64,000 nucleotides of DNA from Octopus vulgaris (lineage: Eukaryota): assembly GCA_951406725.2 (NCBI GenBank), contig OX597840.1, forward strand, positions 14,632,001-14,696,000. The letters are read 5' to 3'. Of the stretch, positions 1 through 11,415 are shown one piece after another. Position numbers and translations under genes: made by a program. The notes beneath the pieces were generated by a model. That model was not told the DNA's origin and did not search any database. It saw only the letters and a list, made by a program, of their open reading frames with translations. Position 1 is the first letter of the stretch. Each line of letters opens with the position of its first letter.

Positions 1-385
1 TTTGGGGTACTTAAATGTATTCATGACTTTGCATCTACTTTTCCATAGGTATGTCTAAGTATTTCATTTATTTTCATTTTGTGTTCCTCGCTGATGAAGG
101 AAGAATCCTTTTTAATACAGAAATCAGAACTGATTCAAGGATGACTATATTTTGATGAATTTCTGTTAGCTTGCTTTCTTTGTTTTAACACATGGTGTAA
201 TAATACAAGTGAAAATATTTTATGTTGTCAGACAATTTAGCATCTGATTTACAACATATTGGAAGAGAAAAATTTTTTTCTCTTGCCCTTATTTATAATT
301 ATATTTATAATTTTCATCTTAAATGGTATTTTTCATATCCTGGCCACTGATAACATTTTTTAAGAAAATTTTATCCTTATATTAC

Positions 386-492
386 CGGAGCCTGGTGCAG
401 CCTTCTGGCTTCCCAGATCCCCAGTCGAACCGTCCAACCCATGCTAGCATGGAGAACGGACGTTAAACGATGATGATGATGATGATGATGAT
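386..492 (+). mobile_element. 3' fragment of RTE-tailed SINE
   Basis: Ends ...ccaacccatgctagcatggagaacggacgttaaac(gat)n, the same 3' end as the RTE LINE fragment at 30500-32350 and many other copies in the window. Confidence 0.85.
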
Positions 493-676
493 TAGAAGTG
501 TATATATATATTGTTATCACCATATTAATATGGCAGTCTTATAGATATAAGACTAAAAGCTGTCGCTGATTAGCTCCGTGAGGCCATCGCCTTAAGCTAG
601 CTATTTGACACACAAACTGCGTCCATTATAACCTTTGAACAAGGGAGGTCAGCCGTTTCACACTGCTAGTCAGACA

Positions 677-719
677 GCTTCAGACACGTTTCAGGGTATT
701 TGCCCCTTGTCAATGTAGC
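677..719 (-). ncRNA. Degenerate type-I minimal hammerhead ribozyme (Penelope pLTR type)
   Basis: Minus strand gctaca-TTGACAA-gggg caaata ccct-GAAA-cgtg-TC-tgaagc: stem I, core CUGACGA with two transitions, 4-bp stem II, GAAA, short stem III (ancestral CGCG inferred), UC cleavage site. Confidence 0.65.
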
Positions 720-812
720 GTAGTCGACCCAGCAGGTGTCGCCACTGATCATCTCTGTTCGAAGGTTTTATTTACCTAGTTTCTGTGGAATACATCCACT
801 TGTTTTCAATAA

Positions 813-1022
813 TAGAAATATTAAAATTACTAAGTCTCTCTAAGAAGACAGACAAGCAGGAAGGAAAGGTCAAGTTAAGAGTGCGCGTCATAATTATTGA
901 AATAAAACTTACTTGGAAGAGGACACGTGGTGTTATGTATGCATGTTTTATTTATTAAATTGTTATTATATGATTGAATGTCACACGTCCTCTTTCAAGA
1001 GAGACTTAGTAATTTTAATATT

Positions 1023-1059
<37 letters not shown>

Positions 1060-1283
1060 GTTTGTGTGTCTGTGTTTGACCCCACCAGTCATTTGACTGC
1101 ATCCATGCTGGAGCACCGCTTTTAGTCGAGCAAATGGACCCCAGGACTTATTCTTTGTAAGCCTAGTACTTATTCTATTGGCTCTTTTGCCAAACCGTTA
1201 ATTTACAGAGACGCAAAAACACCAACACCGGTTGTCAAGTGATGTTGAGAGAACAAATACAAACATACAAACATATAGACACT

Positions 1284-1323
<40 letters not shown>

Positions 1324-2160
1324 AAACTTACTTGAAAGAGGACGTGTGGCATTCAATCATATAATAACAATTTAATAAATAAAACATGCATACATAATAC
1401 CACGTGTCCTCTTCCAAGTAAGTTTTATTTCAATAATTATGACGCGCACTCTTAACTCTTTACTTGACCTTTCCTTCCTGCTTGTCTGTCTTCCTCTCTA
1501 TCTGCCTCTCTCCCTCTCTTATTATTCATCCATTCTGGTTTCTTCTCCTCTCCCTTTCACCGTTCCCTCTCTCTCTCACTCCTCCTCCTCCCTCCCGTCG
1601 CTGACCAGAGGGCTACTAACTTTCTTTCTGACTACTGCCTTCAACAAGTCAACAACGGTTTCTCCTGTCTTTGTAAGCCGTTTTCTCAATGCGTTCAAAT
1701 GAATTCCTCCACCATCTAGGCTTAAAAAGCCCTTATCGTTTGTTTCTCCTGGTCCTGTCTTTTACTGTTTTTATCTTTATTTGTACTGTTTTTATCTTTA
1801 TTTGTATTGCTTTTACTGTCCTGTTCTTGTCACTTTTTTTACCCCTCTGCAAAAAAATCCCAAATTTTATTTAATTTGCTTTACGGGAAGGACTGTTTCA
1901 ACGGAGTTGTGTCCTGCCCTTACCTTCGAAACACGCAATCAGTCGAAACAGGGGTAGCTGAAGAAGAGGAATGTTCCTGTTTTTTCGTTGTTAAAAAAAG
2001 TCCGTTTTCATGTTTTGTTTTTATATTTTTGTTTCTCGTTGTATTCTACGTTTTTTTGTAGTGTCCTGTACCCATATATGCATGTATATATACATATAGA
2101 TGTAGGTATGTACATATATGTATGCATGCATATGTTTTATTTATTAAATTGTTATTATAT
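813..2160. mobile_element. Penelope-like pLTR remnants with inverted duplications
   Basis: 813-840 is the inverted repeat of 999-1025; ~845-998 is the reverse complement of ~1328-1492; segments lie next to (TA)n tracts; 1324-2160 splits a SINE at its internal microsatellite. Confidence 0.55.
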
Positions 2161-2356
2161 ATATATATGTGTATATATATATATATACACAATGGGCTCC
2201 TTTTCAGTTTCCGTCTACTAAATCCACTCACAAGTCTTTGGTCGGCCTGAGGCTATAGTAGAAGACGTTTGCCTAAGGTGCTATGCAGTGGGATTGAACC
2301 CAGAACCAAGTGGTTATTAAGCAAGCTACTTACCACACAGCCACTTCATTGCCTAT
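1087..2356 (-). mobile_element. Major tRNA-derived SINE (family A), split by an insertion at 1324-2160
   Basis: 3' half at 1087-1290 and 5' half at ~2188-2356 match the intact copy at 6236-6655. Confidence 0.8.
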
Positions 2357-3120
2357 GTATATATCGCCAGTGTGTTACCATGGTACATAAGACTGAGAAC
2401 CATAGTCTTTTAGTCTGCTACAACAGTGGTATATTGAAGAGCAGATCAAGTTTGTTTACTATCTTGAATGTAAAACTGGAAGTAAGAACAAAAAAGAAAA
2501 TTTCCCTGAAAAATGTTGACATTACCCAGAATTCCCTTTAAAAATGCGGAATGTCTTTCACTGCTGACACACATCTCCATGAAAGACTTTAGTTTCATTA
2601 GTTTAATTCTGGCAATATTTTTCTTTCTTTTCCCAGTTTTTTCTTTTTTGTTTTTAGTCCCCTAACTCTTTAATCTGCTGCCAATATAGTGCCAACATTC
2701 AGTTAATAATTAACTGAGAAGAGAAAATTCTTCATTCTAACTTGATAAAACTTTCTAGAGATAATTGCAGAAACAATATTATGTTAGTACAAAATTTGCA
2801 ATTGGATAAACCTCCAGAGTATCATGAAATATCTTACCGTGCTGAAAATACAAATTATCTTCTTTCTTTATTGCGATTATTAGCGTTATCATCACCATGA
2901 TTATTTTCAATTTTTTTTACTTATTATTATCATTATTACCTTTATTATTAATTTTATTATTATTATTGTTATTATTATTATTGTTATTACAATCACTAAC
3001 GTCATAATTATTATCATCATAATCATCATTATCATCATGATCGTCATTATTGTTCTTATCAGCATCATCATCATCATCATCATCCTCATTCACATCATCA
3101 TCATCGTCATTATTATTATT

Positions 3121-3355
3121 AAGGTGGTGAGCTGGCAGAAACAGTAGCGTGCCGGGTGAAATGCTTAGCAGTATTTCGTCTGCCACTACGTTCTGAGTTT
3201 AAATTTGGCGAGGTTGACTTTGCCTTTCATCCTTTCGGGGTTGATTAAATATGTACCAGTTATGCACTGGAGTCGATGTAATCCACTTAATCCATTTGTC
3301 TGTCCTTGTTTGTCCTCTCTGTGTGTAGCCCCTTGTGGGCAGTAAAGAAATAAGA
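3121..3355 (+). mobile_element. tRNA-derived SINE family B (central domain gcctttcatcctttcggggtcgataaa, MetaSINE-like)
   Basis: A-box-like gagctggcagaa..gttagc, B-box-like gagttcaaattcc. Further copies at 3728-3925, 20104-20232, 28264-28692, 44684-44826, 47110-47330, 52092-52310 (+) and in the minus-strand clusters. Confidence 0.85.
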
Positions 3356-3384
3356 ATCGTTAGCCTTGTGCTTTCAGTAGAAAC

Positions 3385-3416
3385 AATTATTATTATTATC
3401 ATCATTATCATTATTA

Positions 3417-3459
<43 letters not shown>

Positions 3460-3527
3460 CATCATTATTATCATTATTATCATTATTATTATTATTATTA
3501 TCATTATTATTATTTTTATCATTATTA

Positions 3528-3576
<49 letters not shown>

Positions 3577-3602
3577 CATCATTATCATTATTATCATTAT
3601 TA

Positions 3603-3645
<43 letters not shown>

Positions 3646-3686
3646 CATCATTATTATTATCATTATTATTATTTTTATCATTATTA

Positions 3687-3725
<39 letters not shown>
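3385..3725. repeat. Long (ATT/ATC)n microsatellite
   Basis: About 340 bp of near-pure trinucleotide repeat; source of the poly-I and poly-N ORFs. Confidence 0.97.
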
Positions 3726-3726
<1 letters not shown>

Positions 3727-4516
3727 TGTGGTGAGCTGGCAGAATTGTTAGCACATTGGATGGAATGCTTAGTGGTGTTTCACCAATCACTACATTCTAA
3801 GTTCAAATTCCACTAAGGTCAACTTTGCCTTTCATCCCTTTGGGGTCGATAAATTAAGTACCAGCGAAAACACTGGGGTTGATGTAATCGACTAGTCCCC
3901 CTCCCCTTGTACCTATAGTAGAAGGGATTATTATTATTATTTTTATTATTTTTATTATTATTATCATTATCATCATCATCATTATTATTTGTTGTTGTAT
4001 CACTACTGTAGTCATTGCAGTTCATTGTTTTTGCAACTGTTGTTGTTGTTGTTGTATGCCTCAGCTTCTGTCAAATATTGTTGTTGCTAGTATTGTTATT
4101 AATATTGCTGCCGTCATTGTTGCTGTCGCTGTTATCAGTGTTACAATTGCTGGTGTTAACTTTACTGATGTCGTCACTTCAACTTTTTGCTTTTCAATTT
4201 AATCTTTGCCTCCTTGTTGTCGTCATCATCACCATCATCATCACCATCATCACCTCTGTTATCATTGACATCCCCATCCCCACCACCATCAACGCCCCCA
4301 TATGGCTGTTGATGTTACTTTTGCTGTTTCTGTATTCAAATTATTTTTTTCTCCTTTGTTAATTTGTATTTCCATATCTCTATTTTTTTTTTTTATCTGA
4401 TTAGAATTTAGAATTTTCAATAAATTTTGAGAATTACGTTTCCTTTTCAAGTATGGAATAAGAAAATAATAATAATAATAATAACAATAATAATAATAAT
4501 AATAATAATAATAAAC

Positions 4517-5572
4517 TGCCCTGATGCAGTACCAGTCAGTGGCTCTCATGGCTTCTGATCTTAACTGATTGGAAGTGTCATCACGTACATTGTTTTGTCT
4601 TGGTATAAAAGATGGGCTACAGCAAATATTCTGCTCAATACCACAGATTTGCTTGTCAGTTGTTTGACCTTAACCTGTTGAGCATGTCCTTATGTGGCTG
4701 ACGATATGTGCATCTCTGATGAGCAGAAGTAGTCGGAGAGCATCATAGCCGTGTGTTGAGAGGGATTCTTTGGAGTTTGAATAATTCACCTCTGGAAGCA
4801 TTGGTGTTTCGTTCAACATCCTTAAGCAACCCTTATTCAGGGACCTTTTGAGCGGGATGCGCTACTAGACCAGAAGAAAATTCTAACTGGGCCCCACCTG
4901 TAAGGTCATGTGCTGTTTATCTTGATATGAGATCACCATGTTGCGCACATATAGTTGTGATGCTTGTGCCTAGTGTACCCTTATCAGACGGGTAGTCATG
5001 ATGGGGTAAACTGGGCTTCGTATATTTTACCCCAGTGTCACTTTGATGACCTGCACTGCTCTCTCAATTAATAATAATAATAATGTACAATGTTTAGTTT
5101 TGGTGTAAAAAAAATGGCTACAGTAAATATTCTGCTCAATAGCACAGATTTACTTGTCAGTTGCTTGACTTTAACCAGTTGAGCATGTCCCTTAGTGGCT
5201 GATGATATGTGCATCTCTGATCATGAGGAGAAGTAGTGGAGGAGCATCATAGCCATGTGTTGAGAGGGATTCTTTGGGGTTTGGATAATTCACCTTTAGA
5301 AACATGGGTGTTTCATTCAACATCTTTAAACAATCCTTATTCAGGGACCTTTTGAGTAAGATGGGCTACTCAGCCTGAAGAAAATTCTAACTGGGTCCCA
5401 CCTGCAAGGTCATGTGCTGTTTATCTTGATATGAGATCAACCTGTCGTGCACATATGGTTGTGATGCATGTGCTTGGTGTACCTTTATCAGGTGGGTAGT
5501 CATGATGGGTATGTTGGTCTTTGTATATTTTATCTCAGTGTCACTTTGATGGCATGTGCTGCTCTCTCACTC
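4517..5572 (+). mobile_element. Two tandem copies of a ~550-bp non-autonomous retroelement embedded in (AAT)n
   Basis: Full copy ~4517-5067 and 5'-truncated copy ~5086-5572; same family at 49058-49612 (-) and ~54560-54760 (+); all bordered by AAT/GAT repeats. Confidence 0.8.
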
Positions 5573-6235
5573 AATGATGATGATGATGATGATATAATAA
5601 TAATAATAATCATGATGGAGATGATGATGATGGTCCCTTCTTTATTGGCCTCATGGTTTCAAAGAGATACATGCAAGAAAAAAAGGAGCATTTCACTAGA
5701 GTTTCAAGAAAAAAGTCTGGAATGTAAATGGGTGGTGGTGATTGGGGGGGGGGGGGCATTGAGTGAGATGCTATGCAACATATGGAAAAATGGTTTAAGA
5801 ACTTTGAAGGCTGACAGCAGGCAGCACACACACATATGCACACACCTGAAGACAGAGCTTAAATTTTGCATTTTTTAAAAGTATTTTTTGCATTAATGCA
5901 GGCATGTAAGTAATTTATTTGTTATTGAATATAATAATATAAATTATTTACATGCTTTTAAGTTATGAAACAATTTGTCATGATATCAGAATTTTCTTAT
6001 TGTTAAATAAAATTTCATCACACCATATCTCTGTCATTTATGACTCTATACACCCCCTTATCGCTTTCTCTCATAACCTACTATATACTCTATGCTCTTA
6101 ATGATACATATACTCTTAATGATACATTAAGGAGCTTTTTTTATGAGTACTACTGGATTACTAGAATTCATATATTGTGACACACACACACACATATATT
6201 CACATAATTGTACACAATATATACAGGTATATATA

Positions 6236-6381
6236 GGCGTAGGAGTGGCTTGCTTACCAGCCACATGGTTCCGGGTTCAGTCCCACTGCATAGCACCTTA
6301 GGCAAATGTCTTCTACTATAGCTTCGGGCTGACCAAAGACTTGTGAGTGGATTTGGTAGACGGAAACTGAAAGAAGCTCGT

Positions 6382-6432
<51 letters not shown>

Positions 6433-6655
6433 ATATGTTCGTGTGTCTATGTTTGTCTCCCCCCCCCCCAACATCGCTTGACAACCGATGCTGGTGTGTT
6501 TATATCCCCATAACTTAGCAGTTCGGCAAAAGAGACCAATCGAATAAGTACTAGGCTTACAAAGAATAAGACCTGTGGTTGATTTGCTCGACTAAAGGCG
6601 GTACTCCAGCATGGCCACAGTCAAATGACTGAAACAAGTAAAAGAGTAAAAGAGG
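6236..6655 (+). mobile_element. Near full-length SINE family A
   Basis: Head ggcgtaggagtggct...ggttcagtccca (A/B-box-like), internal (TA)n, tail gactgaaacaagtaaaaga. Other copies near 8480-8875, 9460-9872, 13670-13828, 15159-15597, 24500-24935, 25033-25305, 29155-29552, 30207-30485, 48305-48690, 51555-51920, 58310-58608. Confidence 0.9.
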
Positions 6656-6989
6656 CATACACACACACACACACACACACACACAGATATTTGCAAGGAA
6701 ATATAATTCAATAAAACAGTAATTAAAAAATTATATAATTAAGGGAATAAAAGATGGAAGATTATTGGTGAGGGTGAGTCAATGCATTTCTTTCCTGGGG
6801 AAAAATTGCTCTGTAGAAATTATTGCTTTTTACTTCATTTAGTTGTGTTATGTTGAGTTTTCTTTCTTTTCTGTTTTTTTATCCGTTTATATTTTCCTCT
6901 GTAATTATTATTCCTTCTTCAACACACAATGGAAGTCTGCTACTACAGGTTGGTACTCTTTGAGAATAAGGTATTTACTCATCTGTTTG

Positions 6990-7430
6990 CGATAAAGGGC
7001 CTTAAAATATTTCTTTCACTCTTTCCTCCCCAGAGTTTTGGCAGATGTTGCCCTGGAAACTGGTGCTTGTTGTTCTTTTTGCTGTTTTTGTTTTTGTTGT
7101 CCTCTTCTTCAGGACATTCACCTCTCAGGTGTGTTTTTCTCCAACAAATATAACAACAAAACTCTCAACCCTGCATCATCAAACCGAACCCTTTTGTCTC
7201 CACACTTCTACTGGACGCATTTCTGGTATCGCTCCATGACCTTTGGGGGTCATTAGGATTTGCAATTCCATTTTGATGTCCCCTGACCATATGTTACTTT
7301 TCCTTGCAACACAGAACTCACCACTAACCATTGGTCCACATCATGTCTAAAATCTCTTCATGTGTTCCTTTCATCCATGTAGTGGGGTACAATTTCATGC
7401 TATCTTTAGGTTCCATCTCCAGTTTTACAT
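6990..7430 (-). pseudogene. Decayed gag-like / LINE ORF1 fragment with CCHC zinc knuckle
   Basis: Minus-strand 7155-7111 translates CYICWRKTHLRGECP (CX2CX4HX4C); in-frame stop just upstream; not in the ORF track. Confidence 0.55.
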
Positions 7431-7447
7431 TTACAATACATAATCCT

Positions 7448-7986
7448 TACTATTGTAGGCACAAGGCCTGGAATTTGGAGGAGAGGGATAGTCGATTGTA
7501 TTGACCCCAGTACACAACTGGTACTTAATTTATCAACACTGTGAGGCTGAAAGACAATGTCGACCTCAGCAGAATTTGAACTCTGAATGTAAAAGCGGAC
7601 AAAATACTGCTAACAATTCTTTTCTACTCTAAATACAAGGCCTGAAATTTTTGGGGAGGCAGCCACTCAATTAGATCGACCATGGTATGCAACTGGTACT
7701 CAATTTATTGTCCCTGAAAGGATGAAAAGCAATGATGACTTCAGTGGAATTTGAACTCAGAATGTTAAGACAAACAAAATACTGCTAACAATTCTTTTCT
7801 ACTCTAAGCACAAGGCCTGAAATTTTGGGGGAGGGGCCAGTCGATTAAGTCAACCCCAGTACACAACTGGTACTTAATTTATCGTCCCTGAAAGGATGAA
7901 AGGCAAAGTCAACCGCAGTGGAATTTGAACTCTGAACGTAGAGACAGACAAAATACCGCTAACAACTCTGCCAGGTCACCACCTTC
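7448..7986 (-). mobile_element. Head-to-tail trimer of SINE family B
   Basis: Three successive acaaggcctg...gaatttgaactc...gctaaca units of ~180 bp. Confidence 0.85.
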
Positions 7987-9663
7987 AAAAAAAGCTACGA
8001 TACATGATGTCATAGCTGTTGGCATTTCGTAATTTCTTCTGATATATCCTGGAAAACTTGTATTACTTGACCTGAGGAAAAGTTTAATCTGCTTTCACCT
8101 TTTCATAAGTAGGGAGATATAGTTTTTCTCTTCATCTTTTCCTGGAATATTTCTTGTGGCAAAGAAATATTGGATTTTACCATTTTACAAAACTCTCCTA
8201 CCGACATTTTTATTCATATGACTGTGATAGATTTAAAAATTCTATTGGTTAGATCCAAAGATTCTGTCAAATATAGATCTAAAGATTCTGTCTGTTCATT
8301 TAGTGCTGCAGGAAGATTCATCTTCACATGGCAGTTATACCAACAGACCACAATATTAGGAATCATGTTGTTGTTGCTGTTATTACTGGTTCTGTCTTCC
8401 AAACTACTTGGACATTCCCTTCTCTTAACTCTTCCTTAAATTGTTTCTCTTCTTATACATTTAGTTTTCTCTCTTTCTCTTTCTCTTGTTTCAGTCATTT
8501 GACTGCGGCCATGCTGGAGCACTGCCTTTAGTCAAGCAAATCGACCCTTGGATTTATTCTTTGGAAGCCCAGTACTTGTTCTATTGGTCTTTTTTATTGA
8601 CCCGCTAAGTTACGGGGATGTAAACACACCAGCATCAGTTGTCAAGCAATGTTGGGGGGAAAAACACAGACACACAAACATATACACACACATACATATA
8701 TACATATATATGACGGGCTTCTTTCAGTTTCCATCTACCAAATACGCTCACAAGGCTTTGGTCGGCTCGAGGCTATAGTAGAAGACACTTGCCCAAGGTG
8801 CCATGCAGTGGGACTGAACCTGGAACCATGTGGTTGGTAAGCAAGCTACTTACCACACAACCACTCCTGTGCCTATATTGCATATTTTGATTTCATGTTG
8901 GGTATTATTGGGTGGCATGGTTTGCAAACAACTTGCACATGCAAGCGCTACCAGTCGAAAGCTCCGTATATCAGAAACCTGCAAGTGTATGGAGTCATCA
9001 GGAGAGAATGCATGCCGTTTTGGCACCTATCTCTCAACGGCATCATTGCGCACCAGCCCCCCGCTCACTGATATGAGGCCCCACTTGCTTGATCAACTGG
9101 TTATCAAACGAAGCTCAGTATTCTTCTAGCTATCACTCACCACCTCTTTTTAACCAAATCCAGTGGCTTGCCTTTTCTACTGTAGTTTGGATATCATTCA
9201 TGGTGGTATTTACTTTACGATGAGTTAGGCCTACCAATGACAGTTGCCTTACACTGTGTCCAATGGATCCTCTACATCCGACTTCGATTGGGGAATAATT
9301 ATGAGTGGCAGCTTGTTGGAATGTGGAAGTGTGACGTGTATAATTAAAAGTTCAGAAGTTTGGGGAACTAATCCCCTTTTATCTGTTGACTACCTCCATC
9401 TTTGGTATCAAAGACAAGCCCTCCCCCACTCCTTAGACAATTATCGCCTATCTTTAATCTTTTACTTATTTCACTCATTTGACTGTAGTCATGCTGGGGC
9501 ATTACCATGAAGAATTTTTAGTCAAATGAAGCGACCCAAGGACTCACGTTTGTTTTAAAGTCTGGTACTTATTGCATGAGTCCCTTTGCCGAACCATTAG
9601 ATTATGGGGATATAAACAAACCAACACTGGTTGTCAGTCAGTGGTAGGGGACAAATGCAGACA

Positions 9664-9697
<34 letters not shown>

Positions 9698-10529
9698 AAT
9701 ATATATACGATGGGCTTCTTTGAGTTTCCATCTACCAAATCCACTCACAAGGCTTTAGTTGGTCCGAGGCTACAGTAAAAGATATTTTCCCAAGGTGCCA
9801 TGCAGTGGGACTGAACTGAGAACCAAGTAGTTAGGAAGTAATCTTCTTACTAGACAACCACACCTGTGCTTATGTAACCATAGTAACGTTTATAAGTAAC
9901 TTTTACAATTACCTTCTTGAAAAAGGGGTCATCTTTTGAAAGCAGAAACAGATATTTTAACACTAGAGATATGATGTTGGTGATGATGATGAAGATGACG
10001 ACAATGGTGATGATGACTTCTATGATGATAATGACGACGATGATGATGAAGACTATGATGATGATGATGATGATGATGAAGACGATGAAGGTAGTGATGA
10101 CTGATGATGATGACGACAACGATAACAACAATGATGATGACGATAATGGTGGTGAGGACAGTGATGATGATGGTTTCAAATTTTTGGTTGGAAAAGCCAG
10201 CAATTTAATGCATTTAGTGCTCAACTGGTTCTTTATTGAGGTGACCCCATAAAAAGGATGCAAAGCCAAATCAACCGTGTCAAGAATTCAACTAAGAAGA
10301 ATCTAAAGAATCTGAAGACATCACTCAAAGCATTTATTCTGGCCCTCAACAGATTTTACCCGCTTGTTGGTCTTTTTGATAAATCGTTTTGGATTTTGGC
10401 AGAAATGCCAGCAGGTTTAACGAAGCAGGTAGCAGTACTTGACTGGCATTCCATTTTATTGACCCCTAGATGGACAGAAAGCAACATTGACCTCAGTGTG
10501 ATGGGAAATCAGAATGTAAAGAGCTGCTA

Positions 10530-11415
10530 AAAATATTGGTTTCAAATTTTGACACTAGGCCAGCAGTTTTGGAGCAGGGGGCCAAGTCGATTAAATTGAC
10601 CCCAGTGCTCAACTGGTACTTATTTTATTGACCCCAAAAGGATGAAAGGCAAAGACGACTTTGGTGGAATTTGAACTCAGAATGTAAAGATGGACGAAAT
10701 GCTGCTAAGCATTTCACCCAGCATGCTAACGATTCTTTTCTACAAGGCCTGAAATTTTGGGGGATGGGGCCAGTCAAGTAGATTGACTCCAGTACACAAC
10801 TGGTACTAAATTTATTGACCCTGAAAGGATGAATGGCAAAGTCGAGCTTGGTGGAATTTGAACTCAGAACATAACGCAGACGAAATACCGCTAATCATTT
10901 CACCTGGCATGCTAGCGTTTCTGCCAGCTCACCGCCTTAGAACTGATAAAATTTGCAGTTTCAAATTTCTCTACAAGGCCAGCAATTTTGCGGGAGGGCA
11001 GGGAGGTGGGGTAAGTCGATTGCTTCATCCCCAGTGTTAAACTGGTACTTGTTTTACTTACCTTAAAAAGGATGAATAGCAAAGTCCACCTTGGTAGAAT
11101 TTGAACTCAGAACGTAAAGAGGGATGAAATGCTGTTAAGCATTTTGCTGAACACACTAACAATTCTGCTAGCTTGCTGCCTTAATTATAGGAAATACTGG
11201 TTTCAGATTTTGGCACAAGGCCAGCAATTTCGAAGGAGGGAGGTAAGTCAATTACATCAACCTCCCCAGTGCTCAACTGGTACTTATTTAAAATTGACCC
11301 CGAGAGGACAAAAGGCAAAGTCAACCTGGGTGGAATTTGAACTCAGAATGTAGACATAGACGAAATACTGTTAAGCATTTTGCTCATCATGCTGTTCTTC
11401 CAGCTTGTTACCTTA
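10530..11415 (-). mobile_element. Tandem cluster of about four SINE family B copies
   Basis: Repeated aggcc...aactggtact...gaatttgaactcag units, all in the same orientation. Confidence 0.85.

Noticed and set aside
2718-2900. Plus-strand frame containing LDKPPEY (PPxY-like)
   Set aside because: In-frame TGA directly upstream and no usable acceptor; motif can arise by chance.
3199-3790. Poly-Ile and poly-Asn ORFs
   Set aside because: Translations of the (ATT)n microsatellite.
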